Source: a virus
Direction: 5' to 3' (one strand)
DNA: 64,000 nt
IMG/VR virus record: IMGVR_UViG_3300036826_000588
Coordinates: 25,828 to 89,827 of that record
Below are positions 31,456 to 40,535 of this stretch, piece after piece. Position 1 is the first letter of the stretch. Every line of letters starts with the position of its first letter. The position numbers and the translations under genes were made by a program. The notes beneath the pieces are model-generated. The model saw only the letters and a program-made list of their open reading frames with translations, had not been told where the DNA came from and did no database searches.

Positions 31456-31878
31456 TCAGGACGCCGCGGCGAGCACGTCCTCCTTGGAGTAGCCCATCAG
31501 CTCGGCGGCCGTGAGCAGGAGGTTCTTCCACTCCAGCTCCAGCTCCAGCTCCTGTTCGCCCCAGCCACCGGCTGCGCGCTTGAGGGTCTCGATCAGCACC
31601 TTCGCCACCGGCAGGAACATCGCCGGCTGGACGCCGTAGCGGCGGTGCCGTTCCCCGAGTGCGCAGAGGTGCGTCTTCAGGTACTCCGGGTCCTCCAGGT
31701 GGAGCATCAGCTCGGCCATCTTCTCGCCGAACATCCGGACCTGGCCGTCCATGTTCCGCGGGAAGATGCGGCGCAACTCCGGGCACTCCTGGAACAGCGA
31801 CTCGTAGAAGTGCTGGACCAGCCGGCCGTCGCGGTTGACCGCTTCCTCGAACGACGTCCGCAGCAGTTGTACGTTCAC
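31456..31878 (-). CDS. single-domain globin (flavohemoglobin-type globin fold)
   Basis: LLRTSF...HFYESLFQECPELRRIF...LGERHRRYGV (proximal His); GGAGGG RBS; frame stays open upstream to 32184. Confidence 0.85.
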   Translation of the reverse strand: MNVQLLRTSFEEAVNRDGRLVQHFYESLFQECPELRRIFPRNMDGQVRMFGEKMAELMLHLEDPEYLKTHLCALGERHRRYGVQPAMFLPVAKVLIETLKRAAGGWGEQELELELEWKNLLLTAAELMGYSKEDVLAAAS

Positions 31879-32261
31879 GTCCCCTCCCGGTGAGCGGGGG
31901 TACGCCGTCCAGGGCTGCGGGCCACGCTCCACGCGCGCGACGCCAAGGGCTTCCCGGAGCTGCCAGTGCGCACTCCCAGCGCTGGCAGCCTCACCGGCGA
32001 AGACGAACTCCGCGCCCTGGTCATGCAGCGCCTGCATGACCTCGACGGCCTCGGCGCGCCCGCCCTGGCAAACGGTGGCCCACCAGCGAGGACCGATCCT
32101 CATGCAGACGTACGTCAAGCGCTGCCAGGCGGGTAAGAGGTCAAGCTCCTGACGCCTTTCGCCCAGCCGTTGAAGCCAGCGCACGCCGACTACCCCCTCT
32201 CGCTCACGATCGGGGGATTGAAGCGCAGTCGAGACCGCTGTGTCAAGTTTCCGACACTGGC

Positions 32262-32290
32262 TTGACGAATGGGCAGAAGTGCGCTATGGT
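32262..32290 (+). promoter_or_regulatory. second tRNA-operon promoter
   Basis: TTGACG-N17-TATGGT, the same -10 as at 21324. Confidence 0.65.
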
Positions 32291-32380
32291 GACGATACCG
32301 TGTTCAGGTTGTATCTCTACTTGCTACTTAGTCGGTCATCCCTGTAGCCCGCAAGGGCCTCTCGGGGATGCCGCTGTAGT

Positions 32381-32469
32381 GGGTGGTGAACATCGGACCG
32401 GCTCGGTGCTCCGTCTCGAAAACGGATGAGGCTGCAAGGCCAGGGGTTCAACTCCTCCGCCACCCGCCA
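32381..32469 (+). tRNA. tRNA-Ser(CGA) with 8/4 fold and Sec-like 6-bp D-stem
   Basis: GGGTGGTG/CGCCACCC (8 bp), GGGG/CCTC (4-bp T-stem), CATCGG/TCGGTG D-stem, long V-arm, G73-CCA. Confidence 0.8.
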
Positions 32470-32510
32470 ACTGACTTCGCTTGCGTTCGTCGTGTTCATT
32501 CACAAGACGT

Positions 32511-32597
32511 CGGCGGGTGGCGGAATCTGGCAGACGCACCGGGTTCAGACCCCGGGCCGGAAGGCACCTGCGGGTTCGACTCCCGCCCCGCCGACCA
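32511..32597 (+). tRNA. tRNA-Leu(CAG)
   Basis: CCGGG-TTCAGAC-CCCGG; V-arm; A73-CCA. Confidence 0.88.
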
Positions 32598-32608
32598 ATA
32601 CCTCTCTC

Positions 32609-32694
32609 GTCGGAGTGGCGGAACGGTAGACGCGCCGGGTCGAGAGCCCGGTGGGCACCAGCCCGTGGAGGTTCAACTCCTCTCTCCGACACCA
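32609..32694 (+). tRNA. tRNA-Leu(GAG)
   Basis: CCGGG-TCGAGAG-CCCGG; V-arm; CCA. Confidence 0.9.
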
Positions 32695-32695
32695 T

Positions 32696-32780
32696 GCGTG
32701 GGCTCGACTATGTGGCGAAGACAACGGGCTGTAAACCCGCCGTGAAAGCTGTGGTGGTTCGACTCCGCCCCCACGCACCA
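32696..32780 (+). tRNA. tRNA-Tyr(GTA), irregular D-arm
   Basis: CGGG-CTGTAAA-CCCG; V-arm; A73-CCA. Confidence 0.8.
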
Positions 32781-32822
32781 ACACCCATCGCAACCGCGGC
32801 AATTTGCCGTAGAATCGGTGGC

Positions 32823-33074
32823 ATGACGAGAGCGATTCCCGAAGATGGCGAGGCCGAAGAGGCAGAGCAGGTGAAACACACGCTCCAGTTGCCGCTGAAG
32901 CTCTGGGAGGCATTCGGGCGGCGTGCGCGCCGGAGCGGCATTTCCAAAGCGGAAGCGCTGCGCAGAGCGGTATGGGTCTTCAACTTCCTGGCCGACAGAA
33001 TCGATGACGGCTCCGAGATCATCATTCGTGACAAGGATGGCAAGGAGCAGCGCCTGGTCATCTCGCCCTACTGA
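32823..33074 (+). CDS. ribbon-helix-helix (CopG-like) DNA-binding protein
   Basis: TLQLPLKLWEAF...GISKAEALRRAV; TAGAAT box just upstream of the ATG. Confidence 0.75.
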   Translation: MTRAIPEDGEAEEAEQVKHTLQLPLKLWEAFGRRARRSGISKAEALRRAVWVFNFLADRIDDGSEIIIRDKDGKEQRLVISPY

Positions 33075-33079
33075 TCGAC

Positions 33080-33157
33080 GCCGTCTTACCCCACGCTGGC
33101 AGAGGGCGCCGGCTCAAACCCGGTTCAGGGCGGGTTCGACTCCCGCAGACGGCACCA
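33080..33157 (+). tRNA. tRNA-Leu(CAA) with short variable loop
   Basis: GCCGG-CTCAAAC-CCGGT; 5-nt V-loop; A73-CCA. Confidence 0.8.
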
Positions 33158-33159
33158 AC

Positions 33160-33252
33160 GGAGCGGTGGCCGAGTGGCAAGGCAACGGTCTGCTACACCG
33201 TCGAGGGGGCCCGTAGAGGGTTCCTGCGCGAGTTCGATCCTCGCCCGCTCCG
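33160..33252 (+). tRNA. tRNA-Ser(GCT)
   Basis: ACGGT-CTGCTAC-ACCGT; long V-arm; G73. Confidence 0.9.
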
Positions 33253-33743
33253 CTCTCCCCCTGAGCGTCCGATGCCGGACAGTAGAACGCTCTGGAGAAG
33301 GGCACGCTGGCAGGACACCGCATGTGGACAGCCATCAGCACCGCACCCGATACGGTCTCAGGCGCTGCCGCCCTGCTCGGCGGAGTGCTCGGGATGGTTG
33401 CCTGGAGCCTGGAGCTCCCGTTGGAGCCGGTCGCAGCGGTCGCCGGCCTCGTGACGCATGTCGTGGCCTGCCGGCTGGGTCATGCTGGCCCGGCCGGCCA
33501 AGCTCTCCATGCCGCCTGTGAAGCATGGCATGCTGGATGGCACGCGGTGGCCAGGCTGGCCATCGCGTGACGGTCTCCCTCAAAAAGGTCGAGCCCAAGC
33601 GCGGACGCCAGGGCTCGAACCAGGGGGGGAGGGATGTCGGATAGAGGGGGGACGGCTGGTCGGCCACCGGCGCCGGGCATGGACCGGGCCCGCAACCAAC
33701 CTGCCGGCGTCAAGTGTAGTGCGTCGGGCTATCTTGACGCCAC

Positions 33744-34232
33744 ATGAGCAAGGCTGCGCTTCGGCGTCTGTACGACGAGCTTCCGACCATCGAGTGCCAG
33801 GGCCTGTGCCAGGACTCCTGCGGGCCGATCGGGATGTCTGATGAGGAGTACACGCTGATCTGCCGTCACCTCGGTCGGCCGATCCCCGACGCCGGGAAGG
33901 CTGACCAGGGCGTGCGTATCTGGCCGCCGCTGCCGGACCTGACGTGCCCGCTCCTGGGCGCGAACGGGCGGTGCACCGTCTATGCTCTGCGGCCGCTGAT
34001 CTGCCGCCTCTGGGGCGTCGTGGAGTCCATGCCGTGCCCGCACGGCTGCCAGCCCACGCCGCGGTACCTGACCAACCGGGAGGGGTTCGTGCTGCTCCAG
34101 CGCGCCGACGGGATGACCGCGGCGGAGGCCGAGGCGTTCATCGGCTACGGCGAGCACCGCGGGTTCCTGGGGGCTGTCGAGGAGCTCTATGGGCTGGCGC
34201 GGACGCCCATCATCCGGCCCCGCTCTGGATGA
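33744..34232 (+). CDS. YkgJ-family Cys-cluster (Fe-S/Zn) protein
   Basis: CQGLCQDSC...CPLL...CTVYALRPLICR. Confidence 0.85.
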   Translation: MSKAALRRLYDELPTIECQGLCQDSCGPIGMSDEEYTLICRHLGRPIPDAGKADQGVRIWPPLPDLTCPLLGANGRCTVYALRPLICRLWGVVESMPCPHGCQPTPRYLTNREGFVLLQRADGMTAAEAEAFIGYGEHRGFLGAVEELYGLARTPIIRPRSG

Positions 34233-34574
34233 GCTGCATCTGCCCCTTCAGTTCGCGCAGGCGGGCCCGGCGGCCGGCCGCCGTCAGGCGGTGGCGGATC
34301 CCCGAGCGCTCCAGGTAGCGGGCTTCGAGGTTGGGGCGGTACTCGGCGACCGCCTCCACCCAACCGGGCAGGGGATCGCCCCTACCCTCCTTGGCGCAGG
34401 CGAAGCACCAGGCCAGCGGCGGCTGCCCCTGAACACGGCGCTTCGCATTCAGGCTTCGGAGCAGGACTTCCCCGCCCATCGCGCCCGGCTCGGGCGCGAC
34501 CGTCATGTGCTCGAACGTGGAGAAGGGATTGACCCGGGTGTCGTGGACCGGACAGGTGTACTGGGCGACGTGGC

Positions 34575-35576
34575 TCATACCGTGCGGCGGGGGCGGTACT
34601 CGGGGGACCGGCTGATGGTCTGGGCGGCCCGCGGCCGCTTCGGCTGCTCGAAGCGCGGCAGGACGTCGGCCGGCGGCAGGCCGGTGCAGTAGTCCTCGCG
34701 CAACAGCGCGGCGACCTTGCCCCACGCGGCGCGCGCGGTGTAGGTGTTGACGCTGACGACGCCGGCCATGGCAGCCGTCACCAGCTCGTCCGGGTCCTGC
34801 TCGTGGAGGAAGGCGGCCAGGTCTTCTCGGTCGAACCCGTGCTCGCGGTAGACGTGGACGAAGGCGCCGATGCCCAGCAGGACGTTGACCTTGTGGGCGG
34901 CAGTGCGCCGCTCGCGCGCCTCCAACTGCGCGTCCGTGTACGTGGCCTTCCCGGTCGGCGCCGGCCACGCCCGGTTGATGAGCCAGAGTGTCTCGTCGAG
35001 GACGTCCTCGCCCCACGCGAGCAGGTGTTCGAGCACCTGGACGCACGAGATCACCTCCGCCGAGGAGTGGGTGGCTACCTTCAGGTGGTGCCGGCTCAGG
35101 ATGTTGCGGATGGCGAGCGCCGCCGGGTCGCGCGAGATCAGCGACGCCTGGTAGCGATGGACGACGTGGACGGCGAGCCGACCACGGCCGTTGAGCTCCT
35201 TGAAGAGGTACGCCTCCTCGGCGACGCTGAGACCCTGGTGACCGAAGACCCAGATGCCGGGCACGACGCTGCCCTCCAGCTCGCCCGTCTCCACCAGCTC
35301 GTTGTGCAGCAGGGCAGCGGCCTGCCGCGTCGCGCCGTCGAACAGCCAGTACTTGCCGTCGCGGCGGAGGCTGCCGAACAACCCCTGACCGAGGATCTGG
35401 TTCCAGTTCCGCGCCATCGGCTCGATCCGACTCCGGCGTTGCCGGTCCTCCGGCTGGTAGGCACGGTCGACCTGGAACTCCTTGGGATGCACCCACTCCG
35501 GTTTCCCGGACTGCATAAGCATCGCCTGGAGATCGTTTGGACTCTCGGTGGTGATGGGGGCGGCCGCTAAAGCCAT
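34575..35576 (-). CDS. ParB/Srx-like (DUF6551-type) protein
   Basis: VDRAYQ...YWLFDGATRQAA...EEAYLFKELN. Confidence 0.75.
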   Translation of the reverse strand: MALAAAPITTESPNDLQAMLMQSGKPEWVHPKEFQVDRAYQPEDRQRRSRIEPMARNWNQILGQGLFGSLRRDGKYWLFDGATRQAAALLHNELVETGELEGSVVPGIWVFGHQGLSVAEEAYLFKELNGRGRLAVHVVHRYQASLISRDPAALAIRNILSRHHLKVATHSSAEVISCVQVLEHLLAWGEDVLDETLWLINRAWPAPTGKATYTDAQLEARERRTAAHKVNVLLGIGAFVHVYREHGFDREDLAAFLHEQDPDELVTAAMAGVVSVNTYTARAAWGKVAALLREDYCTGLPPADVLPRFEQPKRPRAAQTISRSPEYRPRRTV

Positions 35577-35708
35577 GCGAGGTCCCTCCTCGGACGTGGA
35601 TGTGGTGGCTGACGCACGGCCGGGCACGGGCCGGGCCGGACGGTTTTCGGCGCGTATGCTAACTCGGCGCTCGCGTTTTGGTGCCCTGGTGTCGTAATAT
35701 TCCCGCCC

Positions 35709-35847
35709 GGACGGGCCGAACGGGGGGCCGTTAACGCTGATTGGTACAGCACCTCCCTCACAAGGAGTTCCACTCGGTTCGAATCCGGGGAACAGCCCGG
35801 CGCAAGCCGGGAAAACCGGTCGCCCAAAACCGTATGTCCGTCCGCCA
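35709..35847 (+). ncRNA. Y RNA candidate (Ro60-associated, with tRNA-like domain)
   Basis: Terminal stem GGACGGGC/GTCCGTCC, GCCGAACG motif, internal D-, anticodon- and T-like arms, 3' GCCA; 65 nt upstream of Ro60. Confidence 0.8.
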
Positions 35848-35912
35848 ACCCTCCGTCGACCAGGGGTTGGCGTCTTCGCGCATGGTGGGCATTTCGTGGG
35901 AGAAGGAAGTAG

Positions 35913-37697
35913 ATGCAGCGGTACACCGGCATGTTGTCGCGCACCCCTCAGCAGGCCCCGATTCCGGGCGTGCCTGGAATGGTGCCGAACCGTGCCGGTG
36001 GCTGGGGCTTCGAGGTCAGCGACCGCGTCCTGGCCGAGCGTTTCATCCTCCTCGGGACGGTCCACGGCTCGTACTACGCAGAGCCCGAGCAGCTCACAGG
36101 CCGGGCAATCGACGCGATCGACCGGCTGCTGGAGAGCGGCGACGGCGAGTGGCTGGTGCAGAAGATCGTCGAGATCAGCACCCTTGGCCGCGCGCCCAAG
36201 CAGGACCCTGGCATCCTCGCCCTCGCCCTGGCGCTGAAGACCGCCCCTGACCGGCGTACGCGCCGCCTGGCGGCCGACGCGGCTCCGCGCGTGTGTCGGA
36301 CCGTCTCCACCGCTTCGGACCTGGCTGACGCTCTCAAGGGCCTCGGGCCGGCGCCGGCGGCCGAAGGCCACAATCGCGAGAAGCCGGCCATCCGGTCGCG
36401 TGCCCAGCGACGCGCCATCGCAGGCTGCTTCGAGGCGTGGGCCCGCGATCCAGCACGGCTGGCCTACCAGCTCATCAAGTACGGGCGGGCCGCCGACAAC
36501 CGGCGCCGGGGGCCGGACGGTTCCCAGGGAGCCATCTGGCGCGCTGTCGACCTGGCGCGGCTGTCGCACTTCCGTGCCTCCAATCCAGAGGTCGACGCGC
36601 TGATGTCGTGGCTGCACGGCCGGAAGGTGGCCAACCTGCCCGCGCAAGTGCGGGCCTACGAAGAGGTGCAGCGCGTGGCGGCCGTGCCGGGGCAGCTCAG
36701 CGAGCACTTTGCTGGCGAGAAGTTCGCCACGGAAGCGCGCGCCAAGGCTACAGAGCGCATCGCCGAGCTCGTGCGCGAGCACCGGCTGCCCTGGGAGTGC
36801 GTCCCAAGCGAGTTCGTGAACCTGCCGAGCGTCCAGCGGGCCCTCTTCGAGGACATGCCCCTGCACACGATGATCCGTCAGCTCGGCCGGCTGACGGCGG
36901 GCGGTCTCTTCGACGCGCCTTCGAGCGTCCAGATGGCCGTCGACCGGCTCCGCGACGTCGAGCGGATCCGGAAGGCGCGCGTGCACCCGATGGCCGCCTA
37001 CCTGGCCGCCATGATCTACGGCAGCGGCCACGGACTGAAGGGCAAGGGCTCATGGCGGCCGGTCCCGGAGATCAAGGACGCCCTCATGGCGGCCTTCCTG
37101 GGTTCCTTCCGCAGTCTGAATGCCAGCGGCAGGCAGATCGTCGTCGGCGTCGACTGCTCCGGCTCGATGGTGCAGCACGACGTGCTCGGCATCCCGGGCT
37201 TCTCGGCACAGGAGGCCGCCTTCATCATGGCGTGGGCCACGGCACGCGTCGAACCGCGGGCCCGCGTGGTGGCCTTCGGCGAGCAGGCCGAGGAGATCGA
37301 GCTGCGCGACGTGCAAACGCTGGACGAGCTGCGGCGCCGGGCGCGCATGGTACGGATACGCCACAACAGGGGTACTGACTGCTCGCTGCCGATCCTCTAC
37401 GCCCTGGAGCGCCCAAACTGGGGCGAAGTGGATGCGTTCGTGATCTACACGGACGAGGAGACCTGGTACAGCCCGACGATCCACCCGATCGAGGCGTTGT
37501 GGCAGTACCGGGCCCGCTGGGAGCGGCGGACGCGGCTCGTCTCCGCCGCGCTCGTGGCCAACCACTACAGCCTCGTGAACACGGCGCCGGACCGCGGCGA
37601 GTCCGTTCAGGACGATGCCGGCGTGCTCGCGGTGACGGGCTTCGACTCGGCCGCGCCAGCGATCATCGCCGACTTCGTGCGCTCAGGGGACGGATAG
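35913..37697 (+). CDS. rsr: Ro60/TROVE domain RNA-binding protein with vWA domain
   Basis: NRAGGWGF...ERFILLGT..GSYYA, LIKY, RQLGRLT, VGVDCSGSM (MIDAS), GTDCSLP, YTDEETW, GFDSAAP. Confidence 0.93.
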   Translation: MQRYTGMLSRTPQQAPIPGVPGMVPNRAGGWGFEVSDRVLAERFILLGTVHGSYYAEPEQLTGRAIDAIDRLLESGDGEWLVQKIVEISTLGRAPKQDPGILALALALKTAPDRRTRRLAADAAPRVCRTVSTASDLADALKGLGPAPAAEGHNREKPAIRSRAQRRAIAGCFEAWARDPARLAYQLIKYGRAADNRRRGPDGSQGAIWRAVDLARLSHFRASNPEVDALMSWLHGRKVANLPAQVRAYEEVQRVAAVPGQLSEHFAGEKFATEARAKATERIAELVREHRLPWECVPSEFVNLPSVQRALFEDMPLHTMIRQLGRLTAGGLFDAPSSVQMAVDRLRDVERIRKARVHPMAAYLAAMIYGSGHGLKGKGSWRPVPEIKDALMAAFLGSFRSLNASGRQIVVGVDCSGSMVQHDVLGIPGFSAQEAAFIMAWATARVEPRARVVAFGEQAEEIELRDVQTLDELRRRARMVRIRHNRGTDCSLPILYALERPNWGEVDAFVIYTDEETWYSPTIHPIEALWQYRARWERRTRLVSAALVANHYSLVNTAPDRGESVQDDAGVLAVTGFDSAAPAIIADFVRSGDG

Positions 37698-37872
37698 GCG
37701 CTCGGATGGGAGCCAGGCTGGAGCTTGCGCTGGCCGCGATCGGCACGGTCACGGTCCTGCTCGTCGTCATCGTAGGAGGCGTCCTCACGTTCTGCGTGCT
37801 CCGCGACCGCCTGGCGTACGGCCAATGGTGGTGGGATGAAGCCGTTGACGGGCTGGAGAGCGGCCAGTAGGG

Positions 37873-38247
37873 ATGAGCCTGCGAGACCCTCTCACGCCTA
37901 CCGGCGAGCCTAAGCTGCTGCTGTCCATCCAGACGCGCAGCATCGAGACTGCGCGCCGCTTCTGGTCGGAAGCGGACGAGCGCGACGTCGGCGACCTGAA
38001 GCTGTACTGGAACTGGCGCAGCAAGAAGGAGGTCGCCGCCGCCAAGGCAGCGTTCGAGGCGGCGCACGCCGCTGGCATCCGCTTCTTCAGGCTTCTCAAG
38101 GGAGACGACCTGGAGGGAGAGCTGATCGAGAACTGGGACCAGGCCCTCGGCGCACCGGTGCGTCCCGGCCAGCCGGCGGTGGATCCGGCTCAGATGGCGT
38201 CGGCCGGCGGCCGCGTACAGGGCATCCCGCGCGTCAGCGGCGGATGA
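37873..38247 (+). CDS. hypothetical protein ending in di-glycine
   Basis: GDLKLYW...EVAAAKAAF...IPRVSGG then stop. Confidence 0.65.
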   Translation: MSLRDPLTPTGEPKLLLSIQTRSIETARRFWSEADERDVGDLKLYWNWRSKKEVAAAKAAFEAAHAAGIRFFRLLKGDDLEGELIENWDQALGAPVRPGQPAVDPAQMASAGGRVQGIPRVSGG

Positions 38248-38512
38248 GTTCGCCCGCGCGCAAGCAGGGCCGGCCGCAGCGATCTAAGCGTGCCGGTCGA
38301 CCGCGGGCCTTCCCGACGATGCCCGGTGAAGTGCTCCGGGCACCAATGCCGGATGGTTCATATCTGGTGGCCTGCGACACGACGTGCCCGGAGTGCGGGA
38401 GCCATGACTGCGACCTGAGCCATCCCCTGCCGGAAGTGAAGTGTTGGGACTGCGGGACGATCTACGAGCCATTCGGTGAGGAAGGTCGCCGGATGACGTT
38501 CGAGCCGGCGCC

Positions 38513-39553
38513 TTGAGCTTCTACGCCTGGGAGGCGGCGCACCTGCCCGACGGCCGTCGGCCGCACCCGCACGTGCACGCCGTCTCGGTGAGCGAGCGGA
38601 CGAGCAACGACGGCAGCATTCGGCGCGGGGACCGGAACAGCAACACCTACTGCGGCATGTGGATTGGTCAGCGCACGGACGAGATCCGGTACCGCGACGG
38701 CTACCGAATCCACTCGCACCTCCAGCTCCACCGGGCAGCCGACATCGCCTGGCTGGAGCGTTGCCGGCGCTGTGTCGCGGCGGTCGAGCGCGGCCGCCAC
38801 TACCCCTACATCGAGGTGCGCCCGCAAGTCGAGTGGATCGATGACATGCCTCTGTTCCCGGGCGAGCCGGTGAAGCTGGACGTGCCCTGCGCGGCGCCCT
38901 GGCCGGTGTATTACCGCTACCGCGTCGAAGGAGCGCGCTTCTGGGTACCGGACGCCTCGTGGTTGGAGGCGGAGCCCCTGGAGGGTGAGCCATCGCCAGT
39001 CCGCGCGGCCGCCGCCACGATGTGCGCCGTCGGCATCGCGTTGTCGGCGGCGCCTGAGAGCGTTCCCCAGTGGCAGCGGGACGCGGACGCCTCGATCGAG
39101 TGGCACCGGCCGCGCCGGCTCGAACGGACGGCCGAGGAGCTGGAGTACGCGCGCCAGCGAGCGGTGCAGGAGCGACGCCGACGGGCGATGCGCGAGCAGT
39201 GGCAGGCCATCGAGCGCAACGACCCGGAGGTGCTGCTGGCGAACGCCACCGCGCTGCACCTGCTGGAGGACGTGGTGGGCAAGGAGCTGGTAGAGCAGCT
39301 CGCCCGAGAGGGTCACCTGGACATCGAAAGCCGGATCTTCCGCGACCGCGGTTACCGGATCCGGCCGTGGAAGCGCGTCGGCGCGCTGGAGCGCGGTTCG
39401 GACGGTGCCTGGCGGGAGCTGAACCGCTCGTGGTGCTTCCACCCGGACGACCTGTACCCGATGGCCGACGAGGTACTGACCGTCTACCTGTCGCTGCGCT
39501 TTGACGAGGTGGCCACCTTGAGGGTCGCCAACCTGCATCGCGAGGCAGCGTAG
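38513..39553 (+). CDS. hypothetical protein
   Basis: 346-aa ORF with C-terminal GYRIR...WCFHP...DE...AN. Confidence 0.65.
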   Translation: MSFYAWEAAHLPDGRRPHPHVHAVSVSERTSNDGSIRRGDRNSNTYCGMWIGQRTDEIRYRDGYRIHSHLQLHRAADIAWLERCRRCVAAVERGRHYPYIEVRPQVEWIDDMPLFPGEPVKLDVPCAAPWPVYYRYRVEGARFWVPDASWLEAEPLEGEPSPVRAAAATMCAVGIALSAAPESVPQWQRDADASIEWHRPRRLERTAEELEYARQRAVQERRRRAMREQWQAIERNDPEVLLANATALHLLEDVVGKELVEQLAREGHLDIESRIFRDRGYRIRPWKRVGALERGSDGAWRELNRSWCFHPDDLYPMADEVLTVYLSLRFDEVATLRVANLHREAA

Positions 39554-39815
39554 AAGCACGTTTGCTCAGCCCCAGAGTGAGGTACACTTCTGGTGCGGTT
39601 CCTGGGGCGAGAGCCCGCAAGGCGGGATACGGAGCAAGCCCCCGAATCCCCCGCTTCTGTTTCACTTTTCCAGGACTCGACATGGAGAGCCCCGAATGGG
39701 GAAGCCCAGCCGAGGTGCGCGAGAGCCTCTCGTCGCTTTACCTGAAGGGGTGGTGGCAGTTCATCAGGGACCAGACGGGGAACCGGGAGGAGGCCAGCCC
39801 TCCTCCCGGTTCATC

Positions 39816-40535
39816 TCAGACCGCCGCCGCGGTCCGAACCCTACTCCTGCCCCCCAAGGCTGTGCGCGCTCCCTCTGGCGCCGCCGGCAGGCGTAGGACG
39901 AACGTGCTGCCGCTCCCCGGAGCGCTCTCCGCCAGCAGCAACTCCCCGTCGTTCATCGCCGCGACCTCGCGGCCGAGGGCGAGGCCCAGCCCCAAACCCG
40001 CTTCGTGGGTATCTGGGCCCCGCCGGAAAGGAAGGAAGACTTCGTCCTGGAACTCCGGTGCGATGCCGATGCCGCAGTCCGTGACCGCGAGCTCCACCGG
40101 ATCGTCGGCGCTGACCGAGATGCAGACCTCCGGACGCCCTTCGCTGTAGTTGATCGCGTTCCGCACGAGGTTGACCAGCACCCACCCGATCTGCTCGCGG
40201 TCGCCGAGAACCAGTACCGGCGAGCTTGGCGCCACCCGCAGCACGGCTGCCGGTGGCGCCTCGCAACGGCGGAGAGATTCGTGGGCGAGTTCGACGATGT
40301 CGAAGATGGTCGGGCACTGCGTCAGGTGGCCGTTCGCCACCCTGGCCGACACGAGGATGTCCTCGACCATCCGATCGGCCTCTCGGGTCTTGGTCAGGAT
40401 CGTGTGGAGTACGTCCGTCTGGAGCGAGCCGTGGATCTCGCCGCGGAGCAGCAGCTCAGCGTACCCGGCGATCACGGTGAGGGGGCCGCGGAGTTCGTGT
40501 GCGACCCGTCCGAGGGCTTGTTCGCTAGGTGTCAT
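39816..40535 (-). CDS. histidine kinase (HisKA + HATPase, no sensor domain)
   Basis: AHELRGPL, NLVRNAINY, DCGIGI, GLGLGL. Confidence 0.9.
   Translation of the reverse strand: MTPSEQALGRVAHELRGPLTVIAGYAELLLRGEIHGSLQTDVLHTILTKTREADRMVEDILVSARVANGHLTQCPTIFDIVELAHESLRRCEAPPAAVLRVAPSSPVLVLGDREQIGWVLVNLVRNAINYSEGRPEVCISVSADDPVELAVTDCGIGIAPEFQDEVFLPFRRGPDTHEAGLGLGLALGREVAAMNDGELLLAESAPGSGSTFVLRLPAAPEGARTALGGRSRVRTAAAV

Noticed and set aside
32511-32597. Opal/Sec (TCA) tRNA
   Set aside because: A perfect 5-bp stem gives the 7-nt loop TT-CAG-AC with Leu-type D-arm and A73, so it is Leu(CAG).
33572-33621. Minus-strand tRNA suggested by GGTTCGAGCCC
   Set aside because: It is a simple hairpin followed by a T-run on the minus strand (terminator-like), with no cloverleaf.
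34575-37031. 818-aa minus-strand ORF
   Set aside because: The N-terminal part is the antisense shadow of Ro60 and the Y RNA; the real ParB-like gene starts at 35576 after a GGAGG-like RBS.
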